A stretch of 61,316 nt of DNA, filler included, from Bipalium vagum (GCA_037834085.1; 3 parts of 3 records of this genome joined end to end with filler, not necessarily neighbours in it); one strand, 5' to 3'. Shown: positions 23,737 to 37,871, numbered from the whole stretch's first letter. The notes: a model not told the origin generated them from the sequence alone. A program made the numbers and translations.

Positions 23737-24169
23737 GTACATACTTTCCAAAAACCTTTTACCATCTTAAAAGAAACTTGTTAATATTGTCTGTATAAAA
23801 TTATATCAAGTTTTAACAAAAAATTCCACATTCTTGCTTCGACTTTGTCATTTATCTAAAACAAAAAATTTTGGAATGTCTACAAAAACACGCTTGAGCA
23901 ATGTCTGAAAAAAAGATGCAGAAGAAAATTTCAATTATTATATTGACTTCTAATGTTAAATGTCATTTATTAGTGTAGTCCTGGAAGTATTTGGGTTTCA
24001 AAGCAACTTTGAAACTTATCTTCATAGTAATATATTACAGCATATAAATAAAAGATAGGACTTTTTTAAATTTAAATAACTTTAATGTAATACACAAATT
24101 GTTTAAATGACTTATTTTAATTTATTAAGCAAATTAAGATTTTTAAAATGATGTATAGAATTAAGATAC

Positions 24170-25100
24170 ATGTGTCAGTATTATTAAATCATTTACATTT
24201 TTAGAAATGACTCTGAAGACTGGTATTGTAAATATTTTGACAATAAAAACATAAATTTGGGAAAACTTTATTGCTAGGCATTTCATTGATGAAGGCATAC
24301 CAAAATTAACTGCTTACCGGCTAATATGATGTTCTGAAAACGGTGAAAGAAAAAAAGGAAGTAGTCCACAACCCCAAATTGCGACGAAATCCAACCTGAA
24401 ATTGTTATGGAAAAAATTGAACAATACCTATAGAATTGGTCCAAAATCGGTTGCTGAGACTATGAAATGTTGAGAGATATACCCACAATACCCACAAAAA
24501 ATTAATTTTTATTTCAGATGATGAATATTATTTTACGCTGTCCAACAGTATACGAGCTGAAAATCGCCACTATTTTTCGAATGAAATAAAAACCAATCTG
24601 GGTCATGTTAAACATCAGTTAAAGTCCAACTATGAAGAAAAAGCATTGGTTTGGATAGCTTTTCCATCTTTAGATGTTTCTAATCCATTTTTTGTGCCGT
24701 CAAAGCTGACAAATAACCAAGATGTGTATCTTAATAAACACATTAAGAGTCCATTAATTGTATTTATCAAGAAACACGGTAATTACGTATTTTGACCTGG
24801 TCTAGCTTTATATCACTACGCAAATAGGGTCCAGAATGTACGTTAGAGATGAAACATGAATTTTCATGAAAATTTGGATACCCGGCAATTGCTCCTGAAG
24901 TGCGGCCAATTGAAAAGTTTTGGGCAGATTTGAAGGTAGCTGTATATAATAAAAAATAAAGACCCAGAAACTTAAAGAAAGATCTTTTTGTTTAAAAAAA
25001 TGGATCTGAAGAATATACAAGACAATAACATTTCAAATTCACCGTAGACTGGACTAAATGGCCACGTTTGGGGTCATCAAAAAATGTAAATTTTTTGTAT
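24170..25100 (+). mobile_element. Decayed Tc1-like (DD37E/TRT-like) transposase relic
   Basis: DDEYYFTLS, F*PGLA..HYA (FWPDLA-type) and PEVRPIEK-WA-like motifs. Confidence 0.65.
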
Positions 25101-25849
25101 AACTAAAGGATTTTATGGCTAGTTCAAATCTTTTTATCGTTTATTATTTATTAAACTTTAAAAAGTTCTAATTTTTATTTATAGGGTTTTATTTAACAAC
25201 ATAGGATCTACATATTAAACAAATTCTTATTCTTATATTAAGATTTTTTCATATCAAAGTAAATATTTTTATTTAGTTAATTTAACCAGAATATAAATAT
25301 CCATAAAATTGGATAAAATTATGTTTTGGGAAAAATACCATTAGAATTAGAAAAAATTTCTGGAAATAATGGAAAAGTTTGAAAAAGAGTTGACAACGAG
25401 AGTAAGTTGAAAACAAAGCCCAAGGCGAAGAAGTATATTGGTATATTAAGAAATGAACCAAATGAAAATAAGGAAGAACAGCAGGTTTGTAAATTCGTTT
25501 TTCCCAGACAAACTAAGACAAAAGAACTACCAGAAAATGTACTACGTAAACGTAATAAATCTTTGTAAAAATATATAATTAGCATCGTGAATGGCATATT
25601 TTTTTGAAGAGGACTAGGGAGAAAAATAGCAATCGAAAGAAGAAAAGTAGAAAACATTTGGCGAGCCCTTTCTCAAATTATTTTTGAGTAGCATCAGAAA
25701 TGTCCCACAAATACAACAATTCACGCGAAAAAAATTTTTATGACAAATGCTTATATAAGGATACATGAGCCCGAATCTAAACTTGGTACTTACTTTTCAG
25801 TTCTACTATTCATATTTTCCATGTAAAATAGTCGCTAATTAAATAAAAG

Positions 25850-26800
25850 AAGTAAAACAAGAGATAAGTTTTATTATGAAGGATAAGTAGATTGATAACA
25901 TTTTTATAAATAGTAATAAATGTTTATGTACAAATTAGATCTAGATATTATTGTTAATCTTTGATATTGTAAGTTAATCATTAGTTTTTGACATGCGCAA
26001 ATTTAAATACAGATAAGAATGGCAGTCAATCCTTAGGAAACGCTAACGGACAAGATGGAAACTTTAAAGAAAATGGACCCTGATGATCTAAAAAAGCTGC
26101 CAGTCTATCTAAAGATAAGATTACATTAATTACAAAAAGAAGTATTATAATAAAATCAAATCGTAGTAGGAACGTCATTCATTGCAAAACCAAATACCAT
26201 TCACTACAAGAAAAATATACACAATAATTTAACACAATAGGTATATACACAGTAAAGGATTTTAATGTCCCTCTAATGCCACTTAATCGATTTGATTCTT
26301 TAACTGGTACACAAAATCTTCTCCAGATCCTTGCGAACGGTTTGACCCCCATAATCCCGCAACCGAAAGCCAAAATTTGATTTTCCTGTTTTTAAGTGAA
26401 TGAAAAAATAATATCTTTGTTTGGGAGACGAACTTCCTAATTCACCGACGATGAAAATGTGCATTTCAATTGTCCACGTCATATTGAGGAAATTTTTCTA
26501 GTTTATTGTTGTTTCATACTATTATTTGTTTTGGTTGTCATTGGTAATGATTCAATATGAGTTTCAAGTGAACAACTGATTACGATGATAATTTTTTTTA
26601 TTTTTGGGTTTCTCAGCTGTTAAGCCAATAATTATTCTTTCTTTCGAATACAATGTATTGACTTCTAGATGAATTTCTCAGTCTTTATTCAATATGAGTT
26701 GGAGATTATGAAGTTTGTCCCGGATTTTAAGACAAAACTTTGTATTTCGCATTTTACTAGTTCGTGACACGGTGACTTCAATTTTGAGGAAAATCACTAT
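25850..26800 (-). mobile_element. Possible non-LTR retrotransposon (AP-endonuclease region) remnant
   Basis: Weak TVYIP and IFIVGE motifs; heavily degenerate. Confidence 0.25.
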
Positions 26801-27496
26801 CTTATTTCTACGGAATCCATTTACGGAGTTCCGTTTACTATACATAAAATTCATCAGTTATTATGATTAAAATTCGAGATGAACGGTACTACAAACTTTC
26901 AAAAAACACAAGGAAAATCTTGGACGAAAGTCGTTTTTTTCAATTAGGCATTGATTTTCATCACTTATGGAGTAGTACAATTAATTAATAATCAATTCAA
27001 AAAATATTGAAATTGCCCACATTTTGTATTTTTTACCAGTCATGGTAGACTTAATCTTTCTGAAATAAATACAGTTGATTTGCCAAAGTTTGAGAGCTCA
27101 CAGGGAGCAAAAAACCTTTAATAATATTATTTACATAATTATTTACTTTAATTTTGATAACCTAATTTTCTTAAGTTCCTATTATATTAAAAATATTTCA
27201 CCAAAAACCGCGGGCTCCAGAGGTTTTTGATTTTTTAGTATTTTAAAATGGATATAAGTAAATAAAATTACTATACAAATAGCACTTTTCAATTTATTTA
27301 AGTATAAAGATATATTAAAATAATATCTAATAGATAACCTTTTAATTAATTTTATGTTTTGCTTTTAATTAGGGTTTTAAATATATTATTTCATGAAAAT
27401 TATAAAAATGTTGATGGATTTATTTAATTTAACGTTTGTTTATATTTTATAGAATAATTTCCCAAATTTAAATGTTATGAAAAATTATAACCAGCA

Positions 27497-27623
27497 ATGT
27501 CTAATTCATCTATCTTAACAACAAAAGTGGTTTTACTTGGTGATTCTGCAGTAGGTAAGACAAGCATAGCTTTAAGACTAGTAAAAGATTCATTTTATGA
27601 AACTCAAGAGGCTACAGTTGGAG
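27497..27623 (+). CDS. RAB5: Rab5-like exon 1 (P-loop, switch I)
   Basis: [42 protein letters not shown], donor G|GTAGTT. Confidence 0.9.
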
Positions 27624-30600
27624 GTAGTTTTGCATTTGCGATTAGTTATCATTTTATAATCTAAAATTCAGAAATATAAACCTGTGAGTTAAATAATGAC
27701 AAAAATTTTTTAATATGATATTGGTTTAATTAATATTAAGATAAATTATTTTGAATCAATTTAGTAATTGAAATTTTCCCATTTCTGAAAGGTTATATTA
27801 ATAATTTAACTGGAAAATAAAGAAACGAATATTTATTTTACTTCTTTAAATAAAATTGAAACATCAATGTAAATATTGTGGTTCTCAACCTTTTGTCTAA
27901 GTTAATCACCGGACCTAACCATGAAAAGAAAAGTAATTGTGGCAAGTGAAAATGGTACTGAAATACACTACAGTTAGTGAATGAAGAAACTATCTTTTGG
28001 AAATATATCTAAAAGCATATACATAGTTTCTCCTTTTGCATTTCTCAGAATGGATCGTGACCCACAGGTTGAGAACTACTGGTCTACATAAATAATTATC
28101 GGGTATCTATAGTACAAGGAAAACTGATGAATTTAAATTGCCTGGAGATATCAATGATTTAGAATAAAATAAATGTACAAAATATTGTGAATTATTAGAT
28201 AAACTTTGATCATTTCGTTTATTTATCTTATTATTGTTTTGATTAGAATTTTGTTGTTAAAATTAAAATTAAAAATAATTAATTGTATTTAAGTGCAATA
28301 AAACAATTTTTATATGTTAAATCATTTTAAACTGATTTTTTCGAAATTTTCCATTTATAAATTATTTCTTAATTGTAAGTTGATTTAGTTTTAGATAAAA
28401 TAAACTATTTCCTGTGTCTTTTTTGTTATCTATATCAAACTTTGTTTTTCTAAAGCGATTTAGAGGGGTACAAAAGTTTTATCTTGTAAGACAATCACAG
28501 TAAAAGAGTATCACCTTCTTTCATTTGGTTTTATTGTGTTCTTCTCTGTGTTATCATTTTGAACAATAAATGATTTTCCTAATCAATAGCCAAAAATGGT
28601 CACAATTAATGTTCAAAGTAACTGTTCTTATCAATTAAAACATTTCAAAGTGAGCTAAATTGTAAATATTTCATCAGATGGATAGAATCACTTTCATGGA
28701 AATTTTCTTTATTTTAGTAATAAGTTAAGTTTCATTTTTTATGGATGAGTGAGAATAGTTATTTCTGAAGAAAAGTAGCAAGTTACTTATAGAATATGAG
28801 GCCCTCATTTGAAATGCTGAAACCTGAAAAAATTAGATTTCGGGATGCATAAAATGTTGATAAAAACAGATTTAATAATGTTTCATCAACTCTTTGAAAA
28901 AGTTCTTACATAAAATCTGGTAAATTGAATAGAAAACTCATTTCTCGGAACATCTTCGAGGCGGGAATTTCTATTCGTAAATTGTCTAAATCATTGTTTG
29001 CAGTTTTAAAAATGTTAATCACTCCATTTATGTTTAATGCTTTGGTTTATCTTATTGTTCATTCTCAACTTGATTTTAGACATTATTGTGTGGCATATTT
29101 CAAATTCATTTATTAGTTTAATTGAACAGAATTCTAACAATGGATACTCATCTAATACGTATAGCCAATTATTCAATTTCTTAAATCAAACGATTATTTA
29201 AAATAAACCAATTATTATAAAATTATGAGATTAATAACAAGAGGTTTCGGGTTCATAATTTTTTTAATATAAAAAAGAACTTAAAAAGCACAAATTAAAT
29301 TATTAAGCTTGATATGCTCTTCGATTGGATAATTTTATGATGATAGCAGTAAAGATCTCTGGACCGTGTTAGGTGAAATAATTTTCTAAAAACTGAATTT
29401 TTTACCATTTTAACAATTTCTGCAAGAAGGAAAGGATGGAAATCTAAAGTAATCATGTTAATAGACAAGATCATGCAGACAAGATCATAAATTTCTCTGT
29501 AATACACTGGTGTGTGCGGCCTGGTTTCATCATCATAAGATAGGGGTTCTTTTCGACTAGCTATTTCCTTACATATTGCTTATATCAATTATATGGAAAC
29601 TTCCTAATAACATAAATTCATTTGGTAACGGATATATTTAAATATTATTACACATCATAAGGCATATGTGTCATGAGGGCATTAAGGCTATAATCGTCTT
29701 ACAGAAATAAAGTTGAAGAATCCATAAAATCTTTGACATAAAAAAATTATAGATATAACCAAGTATTATTGAATTTGTATTAAATATTGATATTATTTTC
29801 GGTATTTTCTTTAAAAATATACTGCGATATTATTGTTTCTGCTTCCCAGAAAAACAGCAAAGAACATTATTTGTGAGTTTCATTAAGAATATAGAAATGA
29901 ATCTCTGTGCAGTGCTACTATTTATTATTGAATGAGAGTTTCTTTTCTGACAGGAATAAAATTTGATATAAACAGAAGTGGACAGGTGATGAGAAATTCG
30001 CAAAATTAAAATTTATGAAAGAAGAAATACGAATAATACCGGAGGAGGCGTCTACTAGTCATAATTTGAACAAGAAGACTGTACAGAACATGCGGAACAG
30101 CATTGGAATCAAAAAAATAGATAAGTGATTTGTCCCAAGTTTTTTGATATAGGATATGTGAGAAAAAACTCTCCAGTTCACATACCCTACCAAACTGTGT
30201 ATGTTATCGCCGAAAAGGCTTTGTGTTGGGTTCACACACTTGTTCATGATTTGGATCCTAGTTATTAATTATTTAACCATTTGAAGAAAATTTACAAGGA
30301 CAGAAAATAGAGCCCAAAGAGTATTTTTTAAGGTTAATGCAAGATTTTTTCAAAGAAAATTATGCATCTTTCTTCGAAAATGATCTCTCTTCATTAATAA
30401 ATCGATGAACGAAGTGCCTGAAGCAGAAAGTGGTTACATAGAAAAATGATTCCGTATATTTATTGTAAATAAAATTTTTTATATTTATATAATTTATATT
30501 TCTTTACTAGTCTAAGGACTTTTATCAAGACACCTATCTAATAAAACTTGAATNNNNNNNNNNNNNNNNNNNNNNNNNNNNNNNNNNNNNNNNNNNNNNN

Positions 30601-33600
30601 NNNNNNNNNNNNNNNNNNNNNNNNNNNNNNNNNNNNNNNNNNNNNNNNNNNNNNNNNNNNNNNNNNNNNNNNNNNNNNNNNNNAATAATTGATTAAAATA
30701 ATTTTATTCATATTTTTATTGTATTATTTTTTCGATTTTTCTGTCATTTACTGAAGAAATAGACAATTGCTATGTTATTCTTTTTAGCTCTCTATTTAAC
30801 AAAAACAGTTCAAGTCGATAATGTTACCATCAAATTCGATATATGGGATACTGCAGGTAATTAGTTTTGCATAATTCAAAACAATAATATTGTCACAATT
30901 TGCCAAGTTTAATTTCATTTAGAATAATTTGATTTTCAAGAATAACTTGAAATCTTTTTTCACCAAATTTTGTTAATCTTTTTGAAAAATGGCAAATGAA
31001 AATCGGAAATTGAATTTAATTTGACATCTGTTTGAAAAAAGTTTTTTCTAGTTATTATTTGACACGATATCTGTAATTTTTTTCTCTTATTTTTTCCACT
31101 GAATAAATATTATTTCTCAATAAAATTCTATCAGTGATGTTATTTTTATATTTTAGTTTCCAATACAAATTTTTGGTGCTTAATTTCTGTTGATTATTAT
31201 TTTATTAAAAAATATTAAATTTTAACTGCTTTGAATTTATATATGTAATATTCAGAATTCTTTTTTATGCTTTTTTAGGAACTTCGATTTTTAGTAGTTG
31301 AATTGAGTGTAATTAAATATTTGCTTTTGTAATACAATCAATTATTAAGAACTTATAAATCCGTTATAGAATTTTTACATTATATGTTTCCTTTTAAAAT
31401 TTCATGCTTGATCTCAAAAAATATAGAATAATCCACCATGTTAATTTTTTATCTGATTTCCATGTCTGGTGAATATGGAAGCCACGACACATATTCAATG
31501 TTTCGTTTTTGGAGCCATATCAAAATGGATCCGTCAATGTGATATCAGCAGTTATCTTGCTGGAAAATGGAATTGTTGAGGTTTCCTTGAGACTCATGTA
31601 GTATTTTACTTTCAACACTTGGTCTATCAAACACTCAATTGTAACTCGTTCACAGACTGTAGAAAATGATTTCTTTCTAATCGGTGATTTAATTATTACT
31701 AATAATAGTAATCGATTGAAGGGTAAATTTCATAATCGATTGCAATATAAGCTAAAATCTGACTCCAATGGATTAAAATGTTTATACGGGTCTCACAATT
31801 AATAAAAATCAACACAATGTCTAAGACGGCTTATTGTGAACTTATTATATTTATAATTTGGAATGAGAAGTATTCTGAAAATCGTGGATATGCCATTTAC
31901 TTGTATTAAATTGGTACGAGAGAACAGTTTAGTAATATCAATATTAAAATATCAATATCTCAATCAACCACGTATTGCAAACGTTGTGCGACACTAATAT
32001 ATGTTGAAAAATACAAAAAAATAAATTCATCAAGATTTTTTGTCATATCAGTGCACCAGAGTTACAACAAGGGACAACGAATTTATAAACCAGCAATAAA
32101 ATAAAATTTGAATGAAAGATTGCAAAATCTGACAAAGGAATGATTGGTCGTGAGTTTAGTTAAACTGCACATTATTTTATTGTTACTTGTAGTGTTCATT
32201 GATGAGACGGGTTTATGGTTAAGAACTAACCTCATACGATATAAGTCGACATGTGAAAAGCGAAATAATAAATAATGATTTACATAAGAAAATCTAAGCA
32301 AAAACAACTGGACGAGTTGAGGTGTTTTCTTCTTTAATTCATCAATGTATAGAAAGCACTGAAAAATTGAATACACAACACTAAAAAAACTTATCGAAAA
32401 TTTCTGTTACTGTATTCGATATTTTGTTATCAAGGAAAATTCCAGAACGTTTACTCAAAATCTACACTAAAATTGGTTTTTAACTAAATAGCGTTATTAT
32501 TTCGCATGGTCTAGTGCCAACCAAGAATATCTTTTAAGTTCTCTTAAGATTAATATTTCAACAAAATAGTTTATACACAATGAATGAGTATTTTTATGTT
32601 AAAATAATAATATCTATTGTTTTTGAAACTTTGTTATGTTTATCACGTGATTTTTGTACTAGACCTATTAATATTTATTTATTTTTTAAATATTTTCAAC
32701 AAGTTATCATTTTTCAGTTGTTTTTACTATTGACTAATTTTAAAAAGAAATTTTAAAATTTTCTTTTATATAATAATAATATAATATAATAATAATAATA
32801 AAATAATAATATAATATAATAATAATATAATTTATAATAATAAAATTATAATAATGTGATAAAATTGATTGAAAATATTTATATCCTTGTAACATTAAAT
32901 TTTTATTGTGTTTGTAGACTTTTTGTTTATTGAAAACAGATTGAATCCTTTTTAAAAAGAACTCTCAAGTGCAAATCAAAGATCTTCAATCATTTACTTG
33001 ACAATTCTAGTCTTATTGACATTGTGCTTCTTGTTAGAACATGTTCGAAAGTCATTCATTTTTTAAATTATAGATTGAAGTTTTTTTGTTAATTAAATCT
33101 TATAGGTGAAATTAAATTTAAAGTGTTAAAAATGTGGTAATCTTTTTATTTAAACTAAAGTGGAATCCATAATAATAATAATATCTTAAATTAACATTAA
33201 TTCATATAAGACGTTTCATCTTTTTAAACACATAAAAAATCTTTAGAAAGAGAATAAAATTGTGAAATATTTTACAAATATTTTTTTAATTTGATTTTAG
33301 GACGTTACTCCTGAGGGTATTTTTTTATATAGGCTTTCTATTACAAAGATTTTTAATCTTTTCTTTTTTTATTTAATAAATGTTATTTAAAAATGATTAT
33401 GTGCAATATTATATTCGACAATTAAATATTTAAGGACAAGAAAGATACAAAAGCCTAACACCAATGTATTACAGAGGAGCTCACGCAGCCGTTATTGTCT
33501 ATGATATCACAAATGAGTTGTCTTTTAAACGTGCCCACAAATGGATATTAGAACTCAATGAAATAACTTCTACTGTCAAAACTATTCTTTTGGTGGGAAA

Positions 33601-36600
33601 TAAATGTGATTTAGAAGAGGAAAGAAAAATAGATACTCTTGTAAGATAAACGTTTTTTGAGAATAATTATTATTCGTTAATAAATTTTTTATGTTTACTT
33701 AGTATAATCAGTAAAGAAAAGAAGGAAATCAAAATTAAATGATTGTTTTAATTTAACATAGTTTGTTTTAATTTGCGAAGATAATAATTTAAATTTAAAT
33801 ATATATCTATTAAAAGAAATTTTTTACGAAGTTACGAAGATTAATTAATTTCTAGCCTTATGGTTATAATTATCAATAAAAAGGAAAGCTTCCATATAAA
33901 ATCTAATCTATCGCGCCACCATCAGGTATACTTCGATAAAATAAAATTCTAAACCATATAGAGATTCATTTTTGGGTGTTTTTGTAATTTTTGAAGTGCT
34001 GTTGAGCAAGTCAGTGTTTCATTGACCGGAACATTTGAAAATCTAAGGAAGATACCACAAAGTATTAAGTAGTCGTGTGTAGTACACTTTTACATAAAAT
34101 AATGAGTAAGAACCTCCGGATAATGATACTTGTCTGAAAATTTTAAGATCTAAAACCTTTGAATATATTTATATTAACATCTTATGAAAATTTGAATAAT
34201 TTTAATTACTATGGTAAAAGAAATTATTAAAATAAAATTGATTAGATTTGAATTCAAAATTATATTATCATATGTTAATGAATCGATTTAATTAAATCCG
34301 CATTATTTATCATTTCACCCTTTAAGTACTGAGTAATTTTGTTTTGATTACTTAAATTGTTAAAATTTATTAAAATAAATTATTCAAGAAATTAAAATGA
34401 CCTTAAAATGAACTTTTAAATGCAATTACAAACACTGAAACGTGAATATATATATATGACGTGTAAATAACAAATAACAAACTTTCAAATTTAATTTTAT
34501 TAATTTTTCTTTCAGTCCGCAATGAAATTTGCACAGGAAAACAATTTATTATTTTTAGAGACGTCGGCCATCTTGTCAACAAACATTAAAGAAATTTTCG
34601 TCTTACTCGGTATGTTTATTTATTGAAATTTGAATTTAATATTTGACTTTCTTTGAGAGAATGTGAGATATATAGAACCAATAGCTAATGATAATAATTT
34701 ATTATATTTTATCAAATAAACCTTTAATAATTAATTTTTCTTAAAGTTAGCATTTTCTGATTTTTTGCCATAGGTATGGTATAATGCTTGTAAATATTTG
34801 ATCTTTTATTAATGCGTTTTGGTTTTTTTTGTAAAAATCGTAAATGGTTTAGTTTTTAATTTAAAGTCTAAATGAAAACAAATCTAAATTTAAATAATTT
34901 AATTATATATTAGTTTTTTCTGTTTTTATTCCTCTGAATTTTGAATGTGAAACAAGAAAAATTTGATCATTTTCAAATTTCAATTAAAATTGCACCTTTT
35001 AAAAATAATTTTTAATATTAAAAATAATAATATAAAGTGCATTTCTTAAATACATTATTATTTCAATAAAATTGGCTCAATTCAAAAGGAATTGTGATTT
35101 TTATATTATTCAACTATTATTTTAATTTTCAAAGTAAAGTAATGCTGATAAATTTTGTTTTCATTATAATTACATTAAATAATAGCTCTGAAAATTATGA
35201 CCAAGGTAGAAGAAAAGTTGGCTGATTATTTTACACGAATTTAAATCAAGTATAAAATATTTGAGATATTTTGAAAAATGAATGGTTGTAATAATGTGAT
35301 AGTTTGAAGATGAGAAACAGTACAGTCAATAAAATTTCTCTAGAATTGATGAACAAGTGCATGTTGACCACAGTAAGTAGCCATTTAACATTATCAGAAA
35401 AACCATGGATTCGAAAAATGGTGGTACCGAGTAACTTAAATTAAAAGATCGCCATTTGAAGTGTGACAACCTTTTATTTTGCCCACCAAGGACGAATCGC
35501 TTAACAAAGGCATTGTAAATATGAAGAGAATAAATAACCAGCAAAACAATGAAATGATCTGGATAATAAATGATCCAAATAAATGACACTTCCCAAAGAT
35601 GAAATTACACAAAGAGAAAATAATAACGATGTGGTGATTACATACAGCGTCAACAATTAAGTATCAAATTTGTCTCAAGACACAAGAAAACGACTTTGCA
35701 CATCTTAAAATTAGGAAAATTCTACGAATTGAGATATGAGATCCTCTCTCACCATCGTTAGTTCATAGGTTTTTGCCTAAAAAAAATACAAACTTTCAAG
35801 TATCTGAATAATTCCCTTCAGGAAGAAACCTCAGAAACCGGGACAATGCTAAAATTGCTTATAAAGACTTCTAGTTTCTAGGACTTTGTTTTTATTTCAC
35901 TGAAATAAATGAACTTGTTTCCCGTTTTGGAAAAATGTGTTCAATCAATAACAAAAATATTGTTACACGTGTGTTAGATCAGTTTAAAATTGTAGGTAAA
36001 AAACAAATTATCCTTTTGCATCAACATTATAATTAAATATTCGAAAAACCTTTTTTATTTTGGATAATTAAAAATAATCAAATTAATTTGCAGAGCTGTT
36101 CCACTGTTCTTTTAATGAAGTTGCGAATTTTCAGCTAAAAGCATTTGGAATTCAACCTATTTCATTTTTTGTCATTTTTTTCTGATGAAGTTTAATAATG
36201 TTTTGTCTACATCCTTCTTTTTCAGAAGGCTTAATTTTCCCATTTTTAAATGACATTTATGAGACCTATTTTAATCTTAAATCACTCTACACTTCTTGAG
36301 TTTTTTCCTGCTTTGTCTACCGGAAAACTGAAAAGATTAAAAATGTTTGGACTTTGTTTATTATTTTATTACGTTGAATATATTATATGAAAAAAAACAC
36401 TTCAATTTACTTAAATATGGAATAGGAAAATAATTATCGATTTTTCAACCACTTTCGAAATTTTTTTGGTAATATTTTAATTAAATTTATAAAAAAGGAA
36501 TATTTTAAAAAAATAATATTTATTGTTTTAATTATTTAAAAATGTCACTTATCAAATTGATGAAAAATTCTTCGATCAAAACTTTAATTCTTTAAATTGT

Positions 36601-37871
36601 TCGATCATTTCAAAAGTTCTGGCACGATTTTAAAAATAATTCAAAAGACAAAAATTGAATAAGACAAATTTATAAGTAATTACACAATAATCCTCTCTAT
36701 GAGGATTGGTCCCCAACATTACACAAGGTTTTCGAACCAATGTCGTTAGAAATTTCAAAAATCAAAAAATCAATCTGAAGGTGTAAGGTCTAAAGAGTAT
36801 GTAGGATGTTGTATAACTTCTCAACCAAACTTCTTCAGCTGGTGATCTCTCATAATTGGTGTATAAGCTCTGGTATTGTTGATTTGAATAGAGCCACTGA
36901 TTTTTCCTGTTTAAGTTAGTAAAATAAATCCACTTTTCGTCCGCAGTGATGATTCGTTTTAAAAATCGTTTATCACATTGATTGCACAACAATGTTTGAC
37001 AAAATTTGATTCTTCATTTTTGTTGCTTATAGGTTAATTCTCGAGGAATTTCCCTACATCGTTTTTTAAATTTTTCAGCAATATGCAAATGATCATGAAC
37101 TATTGATTTCGCCAAATTTAGTTCTCCTGAAAGTTTTCGTTGACTTGTAATAGTTTGGCTTGAACAGGTTGACTTATGACCTCGGAATTAACTGATATGG
37201 GGTGTATGGTACGTGGTTAGTCATCGAGATCAAATCGGTCATTTTTAGACTTTTGATATCATTTAAAAGCTGCTATCACCGCCAACGCCTTTTACTTTGC
37301 AGATATTTTGGATCGCTTCTATGACATTATAGCCTAACTAGAACTCGTACAGCAAAAGTTCACGAATTACATAATTGTTAGTTTCCTTTCCTATATGAAA
37401 AACATAAAGGATTTAAATAAAAATCTAATAATCAATATTGTACCATTTGTTTCTGTAATGCAAATTTTTTAATTTTATATATAACACTTATTAATAATTT
37501 GTTAATGCAACAATGTAAATTATTAAAACAAAGTTAAAAATAAATAGTTTAAGACTTTCCGACGACCCTAATATTATTGATATTGAAACTGTCATTTGTT
37601 TATTGAATGTCTTGAAAAGAATATGGAAATCAATTAATACTATTAATTTAATTTAATTAATTTTGAATTTTGAGATCCGTGTTAAAATGATTGAAGCTGG
37701 TGTGAGAGGAATATTGATTTAACTGATTTATAAATCCTAATTTTATGACTCGTTTTATTTACAGCAAAGAACATACCTAAAAATTCCAATCGAGCAACTT
37801 CCTCCATTTCGACCCCGGGACAGATTAATATTCAGAAAGATAAATCAGGCCGTAATTCTTGTTGTGCCTGA
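27497..37871 (+). CDS. RAB5: Divergent Rab5-family small GTPase, 200 aa; join(27497..27623,30788..30856,33435..33640,34516..34609,37765..37871)
   Basis: Spliced product has [57 protein letters not shown] and a C-terminal CCA prenylation motif. All four GT-AG introns are phase-compatible (603 nt total). Assignment is to the Rab5 group; the exact paralog is uncertain. Confidence 0.9.
27876..28081. mobile_element. hAT/Charlie (MER5-like) MITE in Rab intron 1
   Basis: TIRs (tt)GTGGTTCTCAACCT ... AGGTTGAGAACTACTG; right flank GTCTACAT resembles the NTCTAGAN target. Confidence 0.65.
29900..30460 (+). mobile_element. Mariner 3' remnant in Rab intron 1
   Basis: DLDPS...LFNHLK and a mariner-like C-terminal tract; very degenerate. 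Confidence 0.4.
30554..30683. other. Assembly gap (N run) inside Rab intron 1
   Basis: About 130 N. Confidence 0.95.
30788..30856 (+). CDS. RAB5: Rab5-like exon 2
   Basis: tttttag|(A)[22 protein letters not shown], donor G|GTAATT. Confidence 0.9.
31380..31700 (-). mobile_element. Tc1/mariner remnant in Rab intron 2
   Basis: FQQDNC and PYSPDM motifs on the minus strand. Confidence 0.45.
31750..32500 (-). mobile_element. Possible LINE reverse-transcriptase remnant
   Basis: FLYIDEL and ISLF segments resemble RT FLIYINDL/ISLFADD; very decayed. Confidence 0.3.
32770..32855. repeat. (AAT)n-type microsatellite
   Basis: Imperfect AAT/AATAT runs. Confidence 0.8.
33435..33640 (+). CDS. RAB5: Rab5-like exon 3
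   Basis: tttaag|(G)[15 protein letters not shown]...[15 protein letters not shown]|GTAAGA. Confidence 0.92.
34516..34609 (+). CDS. RAB5: Rab5-like exon 4
   Basis: tttcag|[31 protein letters not shown], donor G|GTATGT. Confidence 0.9.
35250..35960 (+). mobile_element. Mariner remnant in Rab intron 4
   Basis: EKWWY motif and a mariner-type C-terminal segment (EKCVQ). Confidence 0.4.
36560..37572 (-). mobile_element. Decayed mariner in Rab intron 4
   Basis: [14 protein letters not shown]; terminal TATTAGGGTCGTCGGAAAGT at the right end. Confidence 0.75.
37765..37871 (+). CDS. RAB5: Rab5-like exon 5 (hypervariable tail, CC motif)
   Basis: ttacag|(A)KNIPKNSNR...GRNSCCA*. Confidence 0.88.
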
